Below are positions 14,251-26,952 of a stretch of 64,000 bases of DNA, piece after piece (the first letter of the stretch is position 1; each line of letters begins with the position of its first letter). The position numbers and the translations under genes are program-made. The stretch comes from Dehalococcoidia bacterium. Lineage in GTDB: Bacteria > Chloroflexota > Dehalococcoidia > UBA2979. Below the pieces are notes generated by a model. The model saw nothing but the letters and a program-made list of their open reading frames with translations, was not told the DNA's origin and searched no databases. Where the stretch lies: positions 192,001 to 256,000 of the forward strand of contig OZ219872.1 in the NCBI GenBank assembly GCA_964291495.2, in the 5' to 3' direction.

Positions 14251-14537
14251 GGTCGGCGCTCCTCGCCGGCCCCCCGCGCAGCAACCAGCGTACCGCGAGC
14301 GGTAGCGCAGCGGAAACGCCCGGCCGCGCGGGCTGCCAGCCGGGCCTTGATACAATGCCGCGGTTGCGGCCCGGATCGGCGAGGAACGTACGCAGGGCCC
14401 GCCGAATCGGACGTTCACCGAGAGCGAACCGGACGACGCGGCGCCCGCCGATTGGCCGCCCGGGCTGGAGCGGAATCGTGCACAGCATCTGCGCAGTGAT
14501 CGAGGTGCGGCGCGCCCCGGACGCGCGGGCCTGAGTC

Positions 14538-15488
14538 GTGCAAGACGCGCCTGACGGAGGCTCCGGCCGCCGGCGCTGGCTCGTGCCGCCCCTTGTGCTC
14601 GTCGTCACGGCCGCGGTCACTGCCGGCGTCGCGCTCCTGTTCTTCGACAGCCCGTCCGGCGAGGAGCCCGCCCCACCTGCGGCGCCCGCCAGCCCCGCCA
14701 CCCTGGCGACGCCGAGCGCGAGCCCGAGCCCCGACGCGAGCCCGAGTCCCGCTCCCGCATCGCCCACCCCTGCGCCGCTTGCAACGGAGACACCGACGGC
14801 GACCACCTCCCCTGCAACTTCGCCTTCGCCCACGCCGTCGCAAGAGGCGCGCCCCACGCCCGATCCGTCGCGAACGGACTACCCGGACCTCGTCGTGAGG
14901 GAGGTGTTCTCGCGCCTCAACCAGCTGTTCGTCGTCGTCGCCAACGCTGGCACCGCCGACGCCGACGGCGTGATCGAGGTCAGCATCGACGGCGGCACGC
15001 CGCACCCAATCGACACCGGCAAGGCGTTGCGGCCGGGCGACCTCATCGAGTACCCGCTCGAGGGCGAATACGTGCAGCGGCGTGGGCAGGTGGTGGTGAC
15101 CGTGCGCCCAAGCGCCTCGATCGTCGAGCGCAACGCCGGGAACAACGTCTTCGTCGGTGTCGTCACGCCGGACGCGCCCAACGACCTCGCGGTGATCGAC
15201 ATCACCTACGGAGGCAGCGGCCCCCACCTGATCGCGACCATCCGCAACCGCAGCCCGATCCCGCTGCGGGGCGAGGTTACGATTGCGATCCGGGAGATCG
15301 AGGCCCAGGACGACCTCTTGCTGCGCGAGACGCGCGAGCTCGACGTCGAGCGGGGCGCCACGCAGGCCTTCGAGTTCCCGGCAATCACGACGGCGCCGCT
15401 GGAGTCCGTGCAGGTGATCATCTCGACCGACGCGATCAACGATGCCGACGCGTCCAACAACTTGCTCCCCCGCCGGGGACCGCGCTGA
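14538..15488 (+). CDS. Membrane-anchored protein with Pro/Ser/Thr linker and two CARDB/Ig-like domains
   Basis: N-terminal TM, low-complexity linker, two PDL/NDL...(E/D)....NN repeats. Confidence 0.65.
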   Translation: MQDAPDGGSGRRRWLVPPLVLVVTAAVTAGVALLFFDSPSGEEPAPPAAPASPATLATPSASPSPDASPSPAPASPTPAPLATETPTATTSPATSPSPTPSQEARPTPDPSRTDYPDLVVREVFSRLNQLFVVVANAGTADADGVIEVSIDGGTPHPIDTGKALRPGDLIEYPLEGEYVQRRGQVVVTVRPSASIVERNAGNNVFVGVVTPDAPNDLAVIDITYGGSGPHLIATIRNRSPIPLRGEVTIAIREIEAQDDLLLRETRELDVERGATQAFEFPAITTAPLESVQVIISTDAINDADASNNLLPRRGPR

Positions 15489-15497
15489 GGTGACGCC

Positions 15498-15956
15498 GTG
15501 AGCGAACGTGCGGAGCAACCGATGCAATCCCGCGACGACCGCGTCGAAGCATTGCGCGAACGCCTCGAGCGGTCGCGGGCGACGCTGCTCGAGGCGCTCG
15601 CGAGCCTCACGGAGCGGGACTTCGCGAGCGAGATCGAGGATGGACGCAGCGTGCTCGACCTGCTCGCGGAGCTTGCGCCCGCAGAGTTGGCCGACGCCGC
15701 CGCCGCGGCGGCAGGCACTGCCGGCGTCCGTGACGTGGCCGTCGCGGGGCGGCGCCGCGACGCAATGATGGCGCCGCAGATGGTCCACGACCTCGCCGGC
15801 GCGCGCCGGCGCACGCTGCTCGCCCTCGCTGCAATCGAGGCGGCAGGAGGCGGCGAGGACGACCCGCTGGCGGCGCTGCGCGCGGTCGCCGAGCGCGAGG
15901 AGCAGGCCGCCGCCGCGATCCGCGCCCGCTTCGGGGACGGTTCGGCCGATTCGTAG
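15498..15956 (+). CDS. DinB-like helical hypothetical protein
   Basis: L...R..LLEAL..L...DF.......SV.DLLA.L pattern; GAGGTG RBS. Confidence 0.5.
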   Translation: MSERAEQPMQSRDDRVEALRERLERSRATLLEALASLTERDFASEIEDGRSVLDLLAELAPAELADAAAAAAGTAGVRDVAVAGRRRDAMMAPQMVHDLAGARRRTLLALAAIEAAGGGEDDPLAALRAVAEREEQAAAAIRARFGDGSADS

Positions 15957-16015
15957 CAGATCTGCCGCCGCCGACCGTAACGATCGGGCCGTTGCGGTGT
16001 CTTAACAGATGGACC

Positions 16016-18037
16016 ATGAGTACCATCGAAGAAGTGAAATCGCGTCTCGATATCGTCGAGACCGTCGGCAACTACGTGCCGAACCTCAAGCGGAGCGGCC
16101 GTACGTGGAAGGCGAACTGCCCCTTCCACAACGAGCGCACGCCCTCGTTCATCGTCGACCCCAATCGCAACAGCTGGCACTGCTTCGGGGCCTGCTCGAC
16201 CGGCGGCGATGTGATCGAGTTCGTGCGGCGCTTCGAGGGGCTCGATTTCCGCGAGGCGCTGCGCCGCTGCGCCGAGCGCGCGGGCGTCGAGTTGCGCCCG
16301 CCGACGCGCGCCGAGCGCGAGGAGCGCGAGCAGCACGAGCAGCTGCTGAGCGCCAACGAGGCCGCCGCCGTCTTCTTCCAGGCCGCCCTCGACAGCCCCG
16401 AGGGCGCCTCGGCGCTTGCTTACGCCGAGGGGCGCGGGCTGGACGCGGGGGCGCGGCGCGACTGGCAGATCGGCTACGCGCCGGACAGTTGGCAGGCGCT
16501 CACGGACCACCTCGGCGCGCGCGGGTTCGGCCCGGACGTGCTGATCGCCGCCGGCCTCGCCATCGAGGGCAACCGGGGACCGTACGACCGCTTCCGCGGG
16601 CGGCTGATCTTCCCCACGCGCGACGAGCGCGGCAGGCTTACCGGCTTCGGAGGGCGCGCGCTGCTCGAGGACCAGGAACCGAAGTACCTCAACACGCCGC
16701 AGACTCCGCTCTTCGACAAGAGCGGCACGCTCTATGGCCTCGACCGCGCGGGCCCCGAGGCGCGCCGCGCCGAGCAGCTGATCGTCGTCGAGGGCTACAT
16801 GGACGTGATCGGCTGCTGGCAGGCCGGCCTGCACAACGTCGCCGCCTCGATGGGCACGGCGATCAGCGAGCGCCAGATGCGCCTCGTCAAGCGCTTCACG
16901 CCCAACGTCGTGCTCGCCCTCGACGCCGACAACGCCGGCTCCGAGGCGACCCTGCGCGCGATCGGCGTCGCCGCAGGGGCCGCCGACCACGACACGGTCG
17001 CGACCATCGACTGGCGCGGGCTCGTCTCCTACCAGGACGTGCTGCGCGCCGACATCCGCATCGCCGCGCTGCCCGAGGGCGAGGACCCGGACTCGCTGGC
17101 GCGCAAGAACCCGGACGACCTGCGCGCGCTGATCGACGCCGCGCGGCCCGTCGCCGACCACCTCTTCGACGCGATCGAGGAGCGCACGAACCTCGAGGAT
17201 CCGCGCGCCCGCTCGCAGGCGGTCGAGGCGCTCGCGCCGACGGTCGCGGCGATGGCGGACGCAGTGGTGCGGGCGCACTGGCTGCAACGGCTGGCGCGGC
17301 TGGGCCGCATCAGCGAGGCGGCCGCGCAGGCACTGGTCGCGCGCGGGCGCGGCGCGGTCCGTCCGGCGCCTGTGCCCTCCTCGCGCGAGGTCGCGGCCGC
17401 CGCGCGCCAGCAGCCGCCGCCGGGTGCGCCGCCCGCCAGCGACGTGAACCCGGGCGAGACGCAACTTTTGAGACTGCTGCTGCGTTATTCCTCCTGTCGC
17501 GAGGCCGGCGAGGCGCTCGACTCGGACACGTTCGAGGACAGCGAGTACCGCCGCCTGTTCGAGACGTGGCGCGAACACGACGACTTCGACGAGCGTCTTG
17601 ACGAGTTCGACGAGGAGTTGCAAGGGCTGCATGCCTCGCTGAGCGCGGGAGGACTGCCCGAGGCGTACGAGCGGATGTCGGCAATGGAGCTGTGCGAGGT
17701 GGTCGAGGGCACGGCCTGGCAGCTGCGCACCCGCCGCCAGCAGGCGCGCATCCGCGCCGAGGCAGGCGCGGTCGCGGAGCAGATGGCCGAGGCGCGCCGC
17801 GAGGGCGCCGGGGTGCTCGAGTTCGCCCTCAGCGCCGCCGAGCGCGGCGCGCTTCCGGCGGACGCGGCCAGCGAGGAGGCCGAACTGGCCACGAGCTTCG
17901 TCGAGCTGAGCCGGCAGCAGCGCGAGCTGGCTCGCGTCTTCGCCTCGGCCGGCGCCGGCAACGGCGAGCACGCCGAGCCGACGGAGACACACGACGACGG
18001 AAGCACTGGATTGGATGCGCCGGACGGCGCAGAGTGA
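16016..18037 (+). CDS. dnaG: DNA primase
   Basis: [18 protein letters not shown] zinc finger, [37 protein letters not shown] motif. Confidence 0.97.
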   Translation: MSTIEEVKSRLDIVETVGNYVPNLKRSGRTWKANCPFHNERTPSFIVDPNRNSWHCFGACSTGGDVIEFVRRFEGLDFREALRRCAERAGVELRPPTRAEREEREQHEQLLSANEAAAVFFQAALDSPEGASALAYAEGRGLDAGARRDWQIGYAPDSWQALTDHLGARGFGPDVLIAAGLAIEGNRGPYDRFRGRLIFPTRDERGRLTGFGGRALLEDQEPKYLNTPQTPLFDKSGTLYGLDRAGPEARRAEQLIVVEGYMDVIGCWQAGLHNVAASMGTAISERQMRLVKRFTPNVVLALDADNAGSEATLRAIGVAAGAADHDTVATIDWRGLVSYQDVLRADIRIAALPEGEDPDSLARKNPDDLRALIDAARPVADHLFDAIEERTNLEDPRARSQAVEALAPTVAAMADAVVRAHWLQRLARLGRISEAAAQALVARGRGAVRPAPVPSSREVAAAARQQPPPGAPPASDVNPGETQLLRLLLRYSSCREAGEALDSDTFEDSEYRRLFETWREHDDFDERLDEFDEELQGLHASLSAGGLPEAYERMSAMELCEVVEGTAWQLRTRRQQARIRAEAGAVAEQMAEARREGAGVLEFALSAAERGALPADAASEEAELATSFVELSRQQRELARVFASAGAGNGEHAEPTETHDDGSTGLDAPDGAE

Positions 18038-18059
18038 ACGAGCGGAACGGGGGAACGAG

Positions 18060-19799
<1,740 letters not shown>

Positions 19800-19876
19800 A
19801 CGGCCGCAGCGGGCGGCCGACTGCCAGGCGCCGCGCCCACAGCGAAGCGCGCCGCGCCGTTCGGAGAGGGATCGAG

Positions 19877-20179
19877 ATGCCGATTTACGAGTACCGCTGC
19901 AAGAAGTGCGACCACGAGTACGAGCAGCGGCGAAGCATGGCGGACATGGACAAGCGCCGTGCCTGCCCGGAGTGCCGCTCCCGCGCCGTGGAGCGCAAGC
20001 TCAACACGTCGTTCGCCGTCGTCGGCGTCTCCCGGACCGGCGGCGACTTCGATCTCGGCGACCTCGAGGGCATGGAAGGCCTCGAGGACATGGCCGGCAT
20101 GGAAGGCATGGGCATGCCCGAGATGGGCGGCATGCCCCCGGGCATGGGCGGCATGCCGCCCGGGATGGACGCCTTCTAG
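19877..20179 (+). CDS. FmdB-family zinc-ribbon protein with Gly/Met-rich tail
   Basis: MPIYEYRCKKC...CPEC motif; GGAGAGG RBS. Confidence 0.85.
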   Translation: MPIYEYRCKKCDHEYEQRRSMADMDKRRACPECRSRAVERKLNTSFAVVGVSRTGGDFDLGDLEGMEGLEDMAGMEGMGMPEMGGMPPGMGGMPPGMDAF

Positions 20180-20231
20180 CCGTCGCGAGGGCGCCTCGAT
20201 CGCACGCGCTTCGCGGAGCAGCAGCCCGTCG

Positions 20232-20954
20232 CTACGCCTCAGCCGCGAGCAGCCCCAGCGCCCGACGGCGCTCGCGCTGCTCGAAGACCAGGTAGACGTG
20301 CCCGGCGGCAGCGAGCAGGGCGCCCTCAATGGCGCTGATCAGGCCGACCGCGAGGGTGACGTCGAACCAGAAGCCGCGCGGGTACATCTGGATCAGGTGA
20401 TCGCGGGCCGGGCTGAGCTTCCACAGGTCGTTCGCGAACGAGATCACGTGGAACTGCCGGAACAGCTCGTCGAAGCCGACCAGCACCGCCCCCGCCGCGA
20501 CCCCGAGCAGCACCACCGTCAGCCCGCCGGCGAATCGCAGCAGGCCCGCGAGGTGCGCGACTGCCTCGCCACGGCCGTACGCCAACGCCGCCGTGACGTA
20601 GAGCACGAGGATGGCGAACGCGATCTCGTGCACCCGGAAGCTGGCCTGCATCAGCCACTTCACGTCACGCATGTGCAGCACCTCGCGCTCGCTGAACAGC
20701 GGCGCCGGCGCGCCGTCGACCGTGACCTCGATGTCGAGCAGATCCTCGCCGTCGCGGAAGTAGTCGATGATCTCGCGCGCCGCGCGGTCGAGCTCGGCGC
20801 GCGCGACGCCCGTGGTCGGCTCGGCGTCGTAGCGCGCGAACGCGTACTCGTGCACGGGCGGCCAGAGGGCGGCGATCCGCACGTTCGTGAGCACCAGGAA
20901 GAGCGGCAGCGCGACGACGAACAGCGCCGTTGCAACCCAGCGAAGTGTCAGCAC
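20232..20954 (-). CDS. Integral membrane protein (TIGR01906/DUF1461-like)
   Basis: FSEREVLHMRDVK and F..FH..SF.NDLW.L.P..D.LI.MYP..F motifs; GTG start. Confidence 0.8.
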   Translation of the reverse strand: MLTLRWVATALFVVALPLFLVLTNVRIAALWPPVHEYAFARYDAEPTTGVARAELDRAAREIIDYFRDGEDLLDIEVTVDGAPAPLFSEREVLHMRDVKWLMQASFRVHEIAFAILVLYVTAALAYGRGEAVAHLAGLLRFAGGLTVVLLGVAAGAVLVGFDELFRQFHVISFANDLWKLSPARDHLIQMYPRGFWFDVTLAVGLISAIEGALLAAAGHVYLVFEQRERRRALGLLAAEA

Positions 20955-20994
20955 CCCACGAGTATACTCGCGCCATGATTCACGTTCCGTGGCG

Positions 20995-21768
20995 ATGAGC
21001 GGCGAACCCGGCGCCGATCGCGGTGCGGCCTCGCCGGACGCCGCGCGCGAGGACACACACAACGTCGACGGTCTGCGCGCCATCATGGCGCGCCTCTACG
21101 CGCCCGGCGGCTGCCCCTGGGACGGCGAGCAGACGCACGAGTCGCTGCGCGGCTCGCTGATCGAGGAAGGCTACGAAGCCGTCGAGGCGATCGATCGCGG
21201 CGACCTTGCGGGGCTGAGCGAGGAGCTCGGCGATCTGCTGATGCAGATCGTCTTCCACACGACGATCGCCGAGGCGGCGGGCGACTTCAGCTTCGACGAG
21301 GTGGTCGAGGCGATCTGCCTCAAGATGCTGCGCCGCCACCCCCACGTCTTCGGCGGCGAGGAGGCCTCCGACAGCAGCGAGGTGTGGGCGCGCTGGGAGC
21401 AGATCAAGGCGCAGGAGCGCGCCGACTCAGGCGTGGACGAATCGCCCGCGAGCGCGCTCGCCTCGTTGCCTCGCGCCTTGCCGGCGCTGCAACGGGCCCA
21501 GTCGCTGATCGGCCGTGCCGAGCGCTCGGGGATCGCTCCCGCGGACGCGCCACCGCTCGAGGCGCTCGGCGCTGCCATCGAGGAGCTGCGGGCGCAGGAT
21601 GGCGCGGACGGCGCGGGAGACCGCGGGGAGACGCTGGGCGCGCTGCTCTGGGCCGTTGCGCGCTACGCCCGCACGCACGACATCGACGCGGAGAGCGCGC
21701 TGCGCGAGCGCGCGGGCCGCTACATCGAGGCTGTCGCCGATGCGGCCGGGGAGGACGGGTCCGGCTAG
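20995..21768 (+). CDS. mazG: MazG nucleoside triphosphate pyrophosphohydrolase
   Basis: GCPWD.EQTHESL, EELGDLLMQIVFH, RRHPHVFG, WEQIK. Confidence 0.92.
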   Translation: MSGEPGADRGAASPDAAREDTHNVDGLRAIMARLYAPGGCPWDGEQTHESLRGSLIEEGYEAVEAIDRGDLAGLSEELGDLLMQIVFHTTIAEAAGDFSFDEVVEAICLKMLRRHPHVFGGEEASDSSEVWARWEQIKAQERADSGVDESPASALASLPRALPALQRAQSLIGRAERSGIAPADAPPLEALGAAIEELRAQDGADGAGDRGETLGALLWAVARYARTHDIDAESALRERAGRYIEAVADAAGEDGSG

Positions 21769-22352
21769 CTGTCCAGCGCGCCCTCAAGCAGGGAGCGCAG
21801 CTCGCTGAGTTGCGCGTGCCGCCAGCCGACCGAGCGCTCCCACGTCGCGTCCATGTAGCGCGCGCGAGCGTCGTCGAACTCCGGGCTGCCGCGCTCGACG
21901 CCCTCCATGATCTCGCGCAGCGGGGCCATCTCCGCGTTGGCGAGCTCGGGCCGCTCGATCCAGTGGCCGAGCTCGTTGTGGTCGGCGTCGTAGAAGACGA
22001 TCGTGGGGATCGACTCGAACTCGCCGTCCTTGAGGAACTCGGACATGATGTCGTTGTTCTGGTCGCGGAAGAACATGCGCAGTTCCATGCCTGCGCGCTC
22101 GGCGATCTTCGCGATCACCGGCAGCCCTCGCCAGACGTCGGGGCACCAGTGCTCGCCGAGCACGAGCGCCTTGACGCCGTGCGAGCCGACGAGCGAGGCG
22201 ACGGCGGCGAGGTCGTCGGCGTCCGGCTCGTACTCGTCATAGTGGCGCTGGAACTCGGCCTCGCGCCCCTCGATCGCGTCCATCCACTCGCCGAACGAGC
22301 GAATGCCGCTCGCGAAGCGCTCCGGGGTGACGACGGAAGTCTCGCTGGTCAT
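21765..22352 (-). CDS. Thioredoxin-family protein (WCPD type)
   Basis: EHWCPDV, RDQN.DIM, SIPT..F, W.ERP. Confidence 0.8.
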   Translation of the reverse strand: MTSETSVVTPERFASGIRSFGEWMDAIEGREAEFQRHYDEYEPDADDLAAVASLVGSHGVKALVLGEHWCPDVWRGLPVIAKIAERAGMELRMFFRDQNNDIMSEFLKDGEFESIPTIVFYDADHNELGHWIERPELANAEMAPLREIMEGVERGSPEFDDARARYMDATWERSVGWRHAQLSELRSLLEGALDS

Positions 22353-22443
22353 CGGATCCTCCTGCTGTTGCCTTCAGACCGACGCCCCGTTGCGGGCGCC
22401 GGGCATCGAGGATACACCCGCGCGCGAGTGGATGAGCGCCGCC

Positions 22444-23115
22444 TCAGCCCTGGCTGGACCTCGATCCGCCGACCGTCTCCGCGGCCGGCTCGCGTTCCGC
22501 GTCCTCCTGGAAGTCGGGCCGAGGCGGGCGCGTGACCGGCTGGATCATCTCGGCCGCCGCGGCGGCCCGGGCGGCGCGGCGGCGACGGCGGGTCGGCTGT
22601 TCCTCGACGGGGGCGCGCTCCTCCTCGACAGCGGCGGGTTCCTCGGCGGGCTCGGGCGCCGCGGGTTGCTCGCGAGGCACGGCGCAGTAGGGGCAGTGAC
22701 GCCAGGAGTTCATCAGCAGGCGCTCGCAGCTCTGGCACGGCTGCTTCAGCTCGTTGCTGCAGAAGGCGCAGATCATCCACTCGCCATCGATCGGCCGCCG
22801 ACACTCCGGGCAGGTGGGCGCCGCCTGCAGTTCCGAGAGGATCGCCTCCTGCTCGAGCTCGCGGTCGTAGGCCTCGCGCAGCGTCAGCGAGGGTCGCACC
22901 GCGAGGTAGACGGGGTAGCCGATCAGCGGCAGAAAGAGCATGACCGAGAGGCCAGCCAGCCGGGTCACGAAGTCGCGCGTGCGGCTGCGCATGTCGCGCC
23001 AGGCCCAGAACAGCGAAGCGATCCAGATGAGGAAGAGGTAGGCGCCGACGACCACGCCGAGGATCCTGGCGATCGTCAGGATGTTGCCCGGCACGCTGTC
23101 GATCAGGGTGTCCAC
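22444..23115 (-). CDS. Membrane protein with double zinc ribbon
   Basis: Two TM helices then CPEC/CAFC/CQSC/CPYC; AAGGAG RBS before GTG. Confidence 0.75.
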   Translation of the reverse strand: MDTLIDSVPGNILTIARILGVVVGAYLFLIWIASLFWAWRDMRSRTRDFVTRLAGLSVMLFLPLIGYPVYLAVRPSLTLREAYDRELEQEAILSELQAAPTCPECRRPIDGEWMICAFCSNELKQPCQSCERLLMNSWRHCPYCAVPREQPAAPEPAEEPAAVEEERAPVEEQPTRRRRRAARAAAAAEMIQPVTRPPRPDFQEDAEREPAAETVGGSRSSQG

Positions 23116-23239
23116 GCGCGCTCCTTCGCTCGTCCCGCACGCTCGCCCCGCCAGCACACAGAGCGTACCATGAGGCCGCCGGGCCCGCCGTCGGCGCATT
23201 CCCGGCTGCGCTACCGCTCCCATCCCACACGAAGGCCTC

Positions 23240-25471
23240 ATGAGCGCCGCCACTGACGTCCTGCACGGCCTCAACGAGGCGCAGCGCCGCGCCGTCGAGG
23301 CGCCCGACGGGGCGCTGCTGATCCTCGCCGGGCCCGGCTCCGGCAAGACGCGCGTGATCGCGCATCGCATCGCCTGGCTCGTGCGGGCCGGCGATGTGGC
23401 GCCGTGGCGCATCCTGGCCGTGACCTTCACCAACAAGGCCGCGCGCGAGATGCGCGAGCGCACCGCGCTGCTGCTCGGCGGCGACGCGCACGGCGTCACG
23501 CTCGGCACCTTCCACTCCGTCTGCGCCCGCATCCTGCGTCGCGACGGCGAGGCGATCGGCCTGCCGTCCGACTTCGTGATCTACGACCGCGACGACCAGC
23601 TCGGGCTGATCCGCCGCGCCCAGCAGGCGCTCAGCATCGACCCGAAGCGCTGGCCGCCCGGCGCGCTGCTCTCCGCCATCTCCGCCGCCAAGAACGAGCG
23701 GCGCGACGCCTCGACGACGCTGCGCGACGCCGGCTCCTACTTCGAGGAACTCGTTGGCCGCACCTTCGAGCACTACCAGCAGGCACTGCGCAACAGCGGC
23801 GCGGTCGATTTCGACGACCTGCTCGGGGAGACGCTGCGGCTGTTCGAGCAGCATCCGGATGTCCGTGACCGCTACGCGGAGCGCTACCGCCACGTGCTGA
23901 TCGACGAGTTCCAGGACACGAACCTCGTGCAGTACCGCCTCGCCCACGAGCTGGCGAGCGCGCACGGGGCGATCACCGCGGTCGGCGACCCGGACCAGTC
24001 GATCTACTCCTGGCGCGCCGCCGACGTGCGCAACCTCCAGCACTTCGAGCGCGACTTCCCGGACGCGCAGGTGATCCTGCTGGAGCAGAACTACCGCTCC
24101 ACCGGCCGCATCCTGCAGGCCGCCCACGCGTTGATCGATCGCGCCAGCGAACGGCGCGAGCGCGCGCTCTGGACCGAGAACCCCGAGGGCGACCCGATCA
24201 TCGTCGAGGAGCTCTACGACGGCGACGAGGAGGGCCACTTCGTCGCCCTCGAGATCTCGCGCCAGCTGCGCGAGGAGGGCCGCGAGTTCGCGGACTTCGC
24301 GGTGATGTACCGCACCAACGCCCAGTCGCGCGCCATCGAGGAGGCGTGCATCCAGCAGGGCATCCGCTACCGCATCGTCGGCGGCACGCGCTTTTACGAC
24401 CGGCGCGAGATCCGCGACCTGCTCGCGTACCTGCGGCTGATCCACAACCACGCCGACGCGATGGCGTTCCGGCGCATCGTCAACGTCCCCGCCCGCGGCA
24501 TCGGCGCGCGCTCGCTCGAGCGCATCCAGCAGGCCGCCGAGCAGCTCGAACGTCCGTTGCTGGCGATCGCGGCGATGATCGCGCGCGGCGACGAGGATCC
24601 CGCGCTGCCGCAGCTGCGCGGCGACATCCGCCTCGCCCTCCGCGACTTCGTGGCCCTGATCGACCGCCTCAGCGCCGCCGCCGATGCGCAGAGCGTGTCC
24701 GGCCTGCTCGGCGAGGTGCTCGCGGAGACCCGCTACCGCGAGCACCTCGAGCGCTCCGAGGAGGAGCGCGCCGAGCTGCGCTGGGAGAACGTGGAGGAGC
24801 TGCTCAACGTCGCCGCCCAGTACGAGGACCTCGAGGGCGAGGCCTCGCTCGCCACCTTCCTCGAGGAAGTCGCGCTCGTCGCCGACGTTGACGACCCCGG
24901 TGCGGACACGCCCGACGCGGTCACACTGACCACGCTGCACGCGGCGAAGGGCCTCGAGTTTCCCGTCGTCTTCATGCCCGGCGTCGAGGAGGGCCTGCTC
25001 CCGCACTTCCGATCGCTCGACGACCCCTCGCAGATGGAGGAGGAGCGGCGCGTCTGTTATGTCGGCATCACGCGCGCCCAGGAGCGCCTCTACCTCACGA
25101 GGGCGCGACGGCGGCAGCGCCAGGGGCGCTACCAGCCTGCCCTGCCCTCGCGCTTCCTCGAAGACCTGCCGGAGAGCGTGACGATGAGCGCGAGCGGCGG
25201 CCGGGCGCGCACGCGGCCCACGCGCAGCGCCCGCGAGCGCCGCGCCGAGATCGCGCAGTGGCGGAGGGCGGACCAGGACGAGGCAGACGACGGCGCCGTC
25301 GACGAGCCGCGCTACGCCCCCGGCGACAAGGTCGAGCACGCGACGTTCGGCCCCGGCGTCGTCGTCTCCTGCGAGCTGCTGCGCGGCGACCAACAGGTCA
25401 CGGTCGCCTTCGAGGACAAGGGCGTGAAGAAGCTCCTGCTCTCACTCGCGCCGCTCGAGCCGCGCGCGTAG
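23240..25471 (+). CDS. pcrA: ATP-dependent DNA helicase PcrA/UvrD
   Basis: AGPGSGKT, TFTNKAAREM, DEFQDTN, VGDPDQSIY.WR.A, LEQNYRST, HAAKGLEF, EEERR..YVGITRA, C-terminal Tudor-like domain. Confidence 0.97.
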   Translation: MSAATDVLHGLNEAQRRAVEAPDGALLILAGPGSGKTRVIAHRIAWLVRAGDVAPWRILAVTFTNKAAREMRERTALLLGGDAHGVTLGTFHSVCARILRRDGEAIGLPSDFVIYDRDDQLGLIRRAQQALSIDPKRWPPGALLSAISAAKNERRDASTTLRDAGSYFEELVGRTFEHYQQALRNSGAVDFDDLLGETLRLFEQHPDVRDRYAERYRHVLIDEFQDTNLVQYRLAHELASAHGAITAVGDPDQSIYSWRAADVRNLQHFERDFPDAQVILLEQNYRSTGRILQAAHALIDRASERRERALWTENPEGDPIIVEELYDGDEEGHFVALEISRQLREEGREFADFAVMYRTNAQSRAIEEACIQQGIRYRIVGGTRFYDRREIRDLLAYLRLIHNHADAMAFRRIVNVPARGIGARSLERIQQAAEQLERPLLAIAAMIARGDEDPALPQLRGDIRLALRDFVALIDRLSAAADAQSVSGLLGEVLAETRYREHLERSEEERAELRWENVEELLNVAAQYEDLEGEASLATFLEEVALVADVDDPGADTPDAVTLTTLHAAKGLEFPVVFMPGVEEGLLPHFRSLDDPSQMEEERRVCYVGITRAQERLYLTRARRRQRQGRYQPALPSRFLEDLPESVTMSASGGRARTRPTRSARERRAEIAQWRRADQDEADDGAVDEPRYAPGDKVEHATFGPGVVVSCELLRGDQQVTVAFEDKGVKKLLLSLAPLEPRA

Positions 25472-25490
25472 GCCCGAGGCGAGTGACGGC

Positions 25491-26039
25491 ATGGTCTGGA
25501 TCGTCGCGCCGCTGTCAGCAGTAGTCGCGGCCCTGCTGGCGCTCATCGGCGTGGGTCTCGCGCTGCCTCGGAAGCACGTCGCGGCGCGGCGCATGCGGCT
25601 GCGGCGGCCGCCGGAGGAGGTGTGGGCGCGCATCCGCGACCACGCCGCCGAGCCGGGCTGGCGATCGAAGCTCGACCGCGTCGAGCGTCTGCCCGACGAG
25701 GGCGGGCGCGAGCGCTGGAAGGAGCTGCAGGGCCGGTCCGCCCTCACCTTCGAAACCCTGGATGCCGACCCTCCCAGCAAACTCGTACGCCGCATCGTGG
25801 ACGAGAAGCTGCCCTTCGGCGGCTCGTGGACCATCGAGGTCACGGGCGACGGCGCGAGTGGGTCGGTCGTCGCCGTCACCGAGCACGGCGAGGTCAAGCA
25901 CCCGCTGTTCCGCGTGATCAGCCGCTTCGTAATCGGCCACACGAGGACGATCGACGGCTACCTGCGGGACATCGCGGCGAGCCTCGGTGAGGACGCCGAG
26001 CCGGAGCCCGCCGAGCCGGCGGGCCCGCCCGGTTCGTAG
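25491..26039 (+). CDS. SRPBCC (polyketide cyclase-like) domain protein with N-terminal TM
   Basis: PPEEVW..I.D....P.WR, PFGGSWT.E, TEHGEV. Confidence 0.75.
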   Translation: MVWIVAPLSAVVAALLALIGVGLALPRKHVAARRMRLRRPPEEVWARIRDHAAEPGWRSKLDRVERLPDEGGRERWKELQGRSALTFETLDADPPSKLVRRIVDEKLPFGGSWTIEVTGDGASGSVVAVTEHGEVKHPLFRVISRFVIGHTRTIDGYLRDIAASLGEDAEPEPAEPAGPPGS

Positions 26040-26048
26040 CGAAGAGCG

Positions 26049-26903
26049 TCAGCCGGCGAGGAGGCCAGCGAGCGTCTCGTCGTCGATGGCGGCGGCCATC
26101 AGCTCGCCGGCGCGCTCGGCCTTGGCCTCGCCGGCGAACGCCGAGCGCCCGAAGCTGCCCTCGATGTCGCGCACGGTCTCGACCGTGCCCTCGGGCGCGA
26201 GCAGCAGCGTGGTGCGCCGCGAGGAGGCGACGCGGTCCAGCAGGTAGGGGCTGGGTTCGCCGCCGCCGCTGAGGATCAGGCACTCCGGATCCACGCGCAG
26301 CGCGGCGAGGGCGACGTCGACCTTCTCCGCGCGCGTCACGACGGCGCTGCGCGCGAAGCGAGCGAAGTAGTCGTCACCGGCGTCCGAGGCGATCGGCCCG
26401 ACGACGATGTGCTCGCAGATTGCCGCGTCGCCCTCGGTCGAGCGGGCGAGCACCTGCGCCCGGCTTGCCGCGATCAGCGTGCCGACGGTCGGGGCGGCGA
26501 GCAGCCGGTCCTCAGGCAGGGCGAGCGGGCCGCCCGCGCGCGCGTGTGTGGCGAGGGCGATCGCACCGTTCGAAGCGCCTGCGTCGCCTGCGCCCTCGCG
26601 AGCGACGCTGATCAGCCGCGCGCCGAGCTCGGCGGCGAGCGCCGCGCCGTCCGCGCCCGCGGGAGCCTCGGCGATCACGACCTCGTCGCCCTCGGCGGAC
26701 AGTGCGGACGCCTCGACGGGCATTCCCCCGGCGCGGGCGAACTCGAGAGCGGCGAAGGCGGTTGCGTCGGCCTCGGCGCGGGCGTCGCCGGCGAGACGTT
26801 CGAGGCGCGCTGACCGCCCGGAGGCGGCGAGCCGGTGCGCCAGCCCGGCGGCGACGGTGCTCGCGCCGGCCTCGGCGGATCCGGCGACGAGGATCAGCGG
26901 CAT
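26049..26903 (-). CDS. DRTGG-domain protein (phosphate acetyltransferase N-terminal-like)
   Basis: Degenerate P-loop at N-terminus; VVT.A..VDVALAAL, CLILSGG DRTGG-like region. Confidence 0.65.
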   Translation of the reverse strand: MPLILVAGSAEAGASTVAAGLAHRLAASGRSARLERLAGDARAEADATAFAALEFARAGGMPVEASALSAEGDEVVIAEAPAGADGAALAAELGARLISVAREGAGDAGASNGAIALATHARAGGPLALPEDRLLAAPTVGTLIAASRAQVLARSTEGDAAICEHIVVGPIASDAGDDYFARFARSAVVTRAEKVDVALAALRVDPECLILSGGGEPSPYLLDRVASSRRTTLLLAPEGTVETVRDIEGSFGRSAFAGEAKAERAGELMAAAIDDETLAGLLAG

Positions 26904-26952
26904 GGCGGCATCCTCGTCACGTCCCTCCCCTGTGGCTCCGCGCCCGGCGTGG

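Noticed and set aside
14251-14537. glmS ribozyme upstream of glmS
   Set aside because: No recognisable ribozyme core; a TACGCT -10 candidate about 40 nt upstream implies a leader too short to hold it
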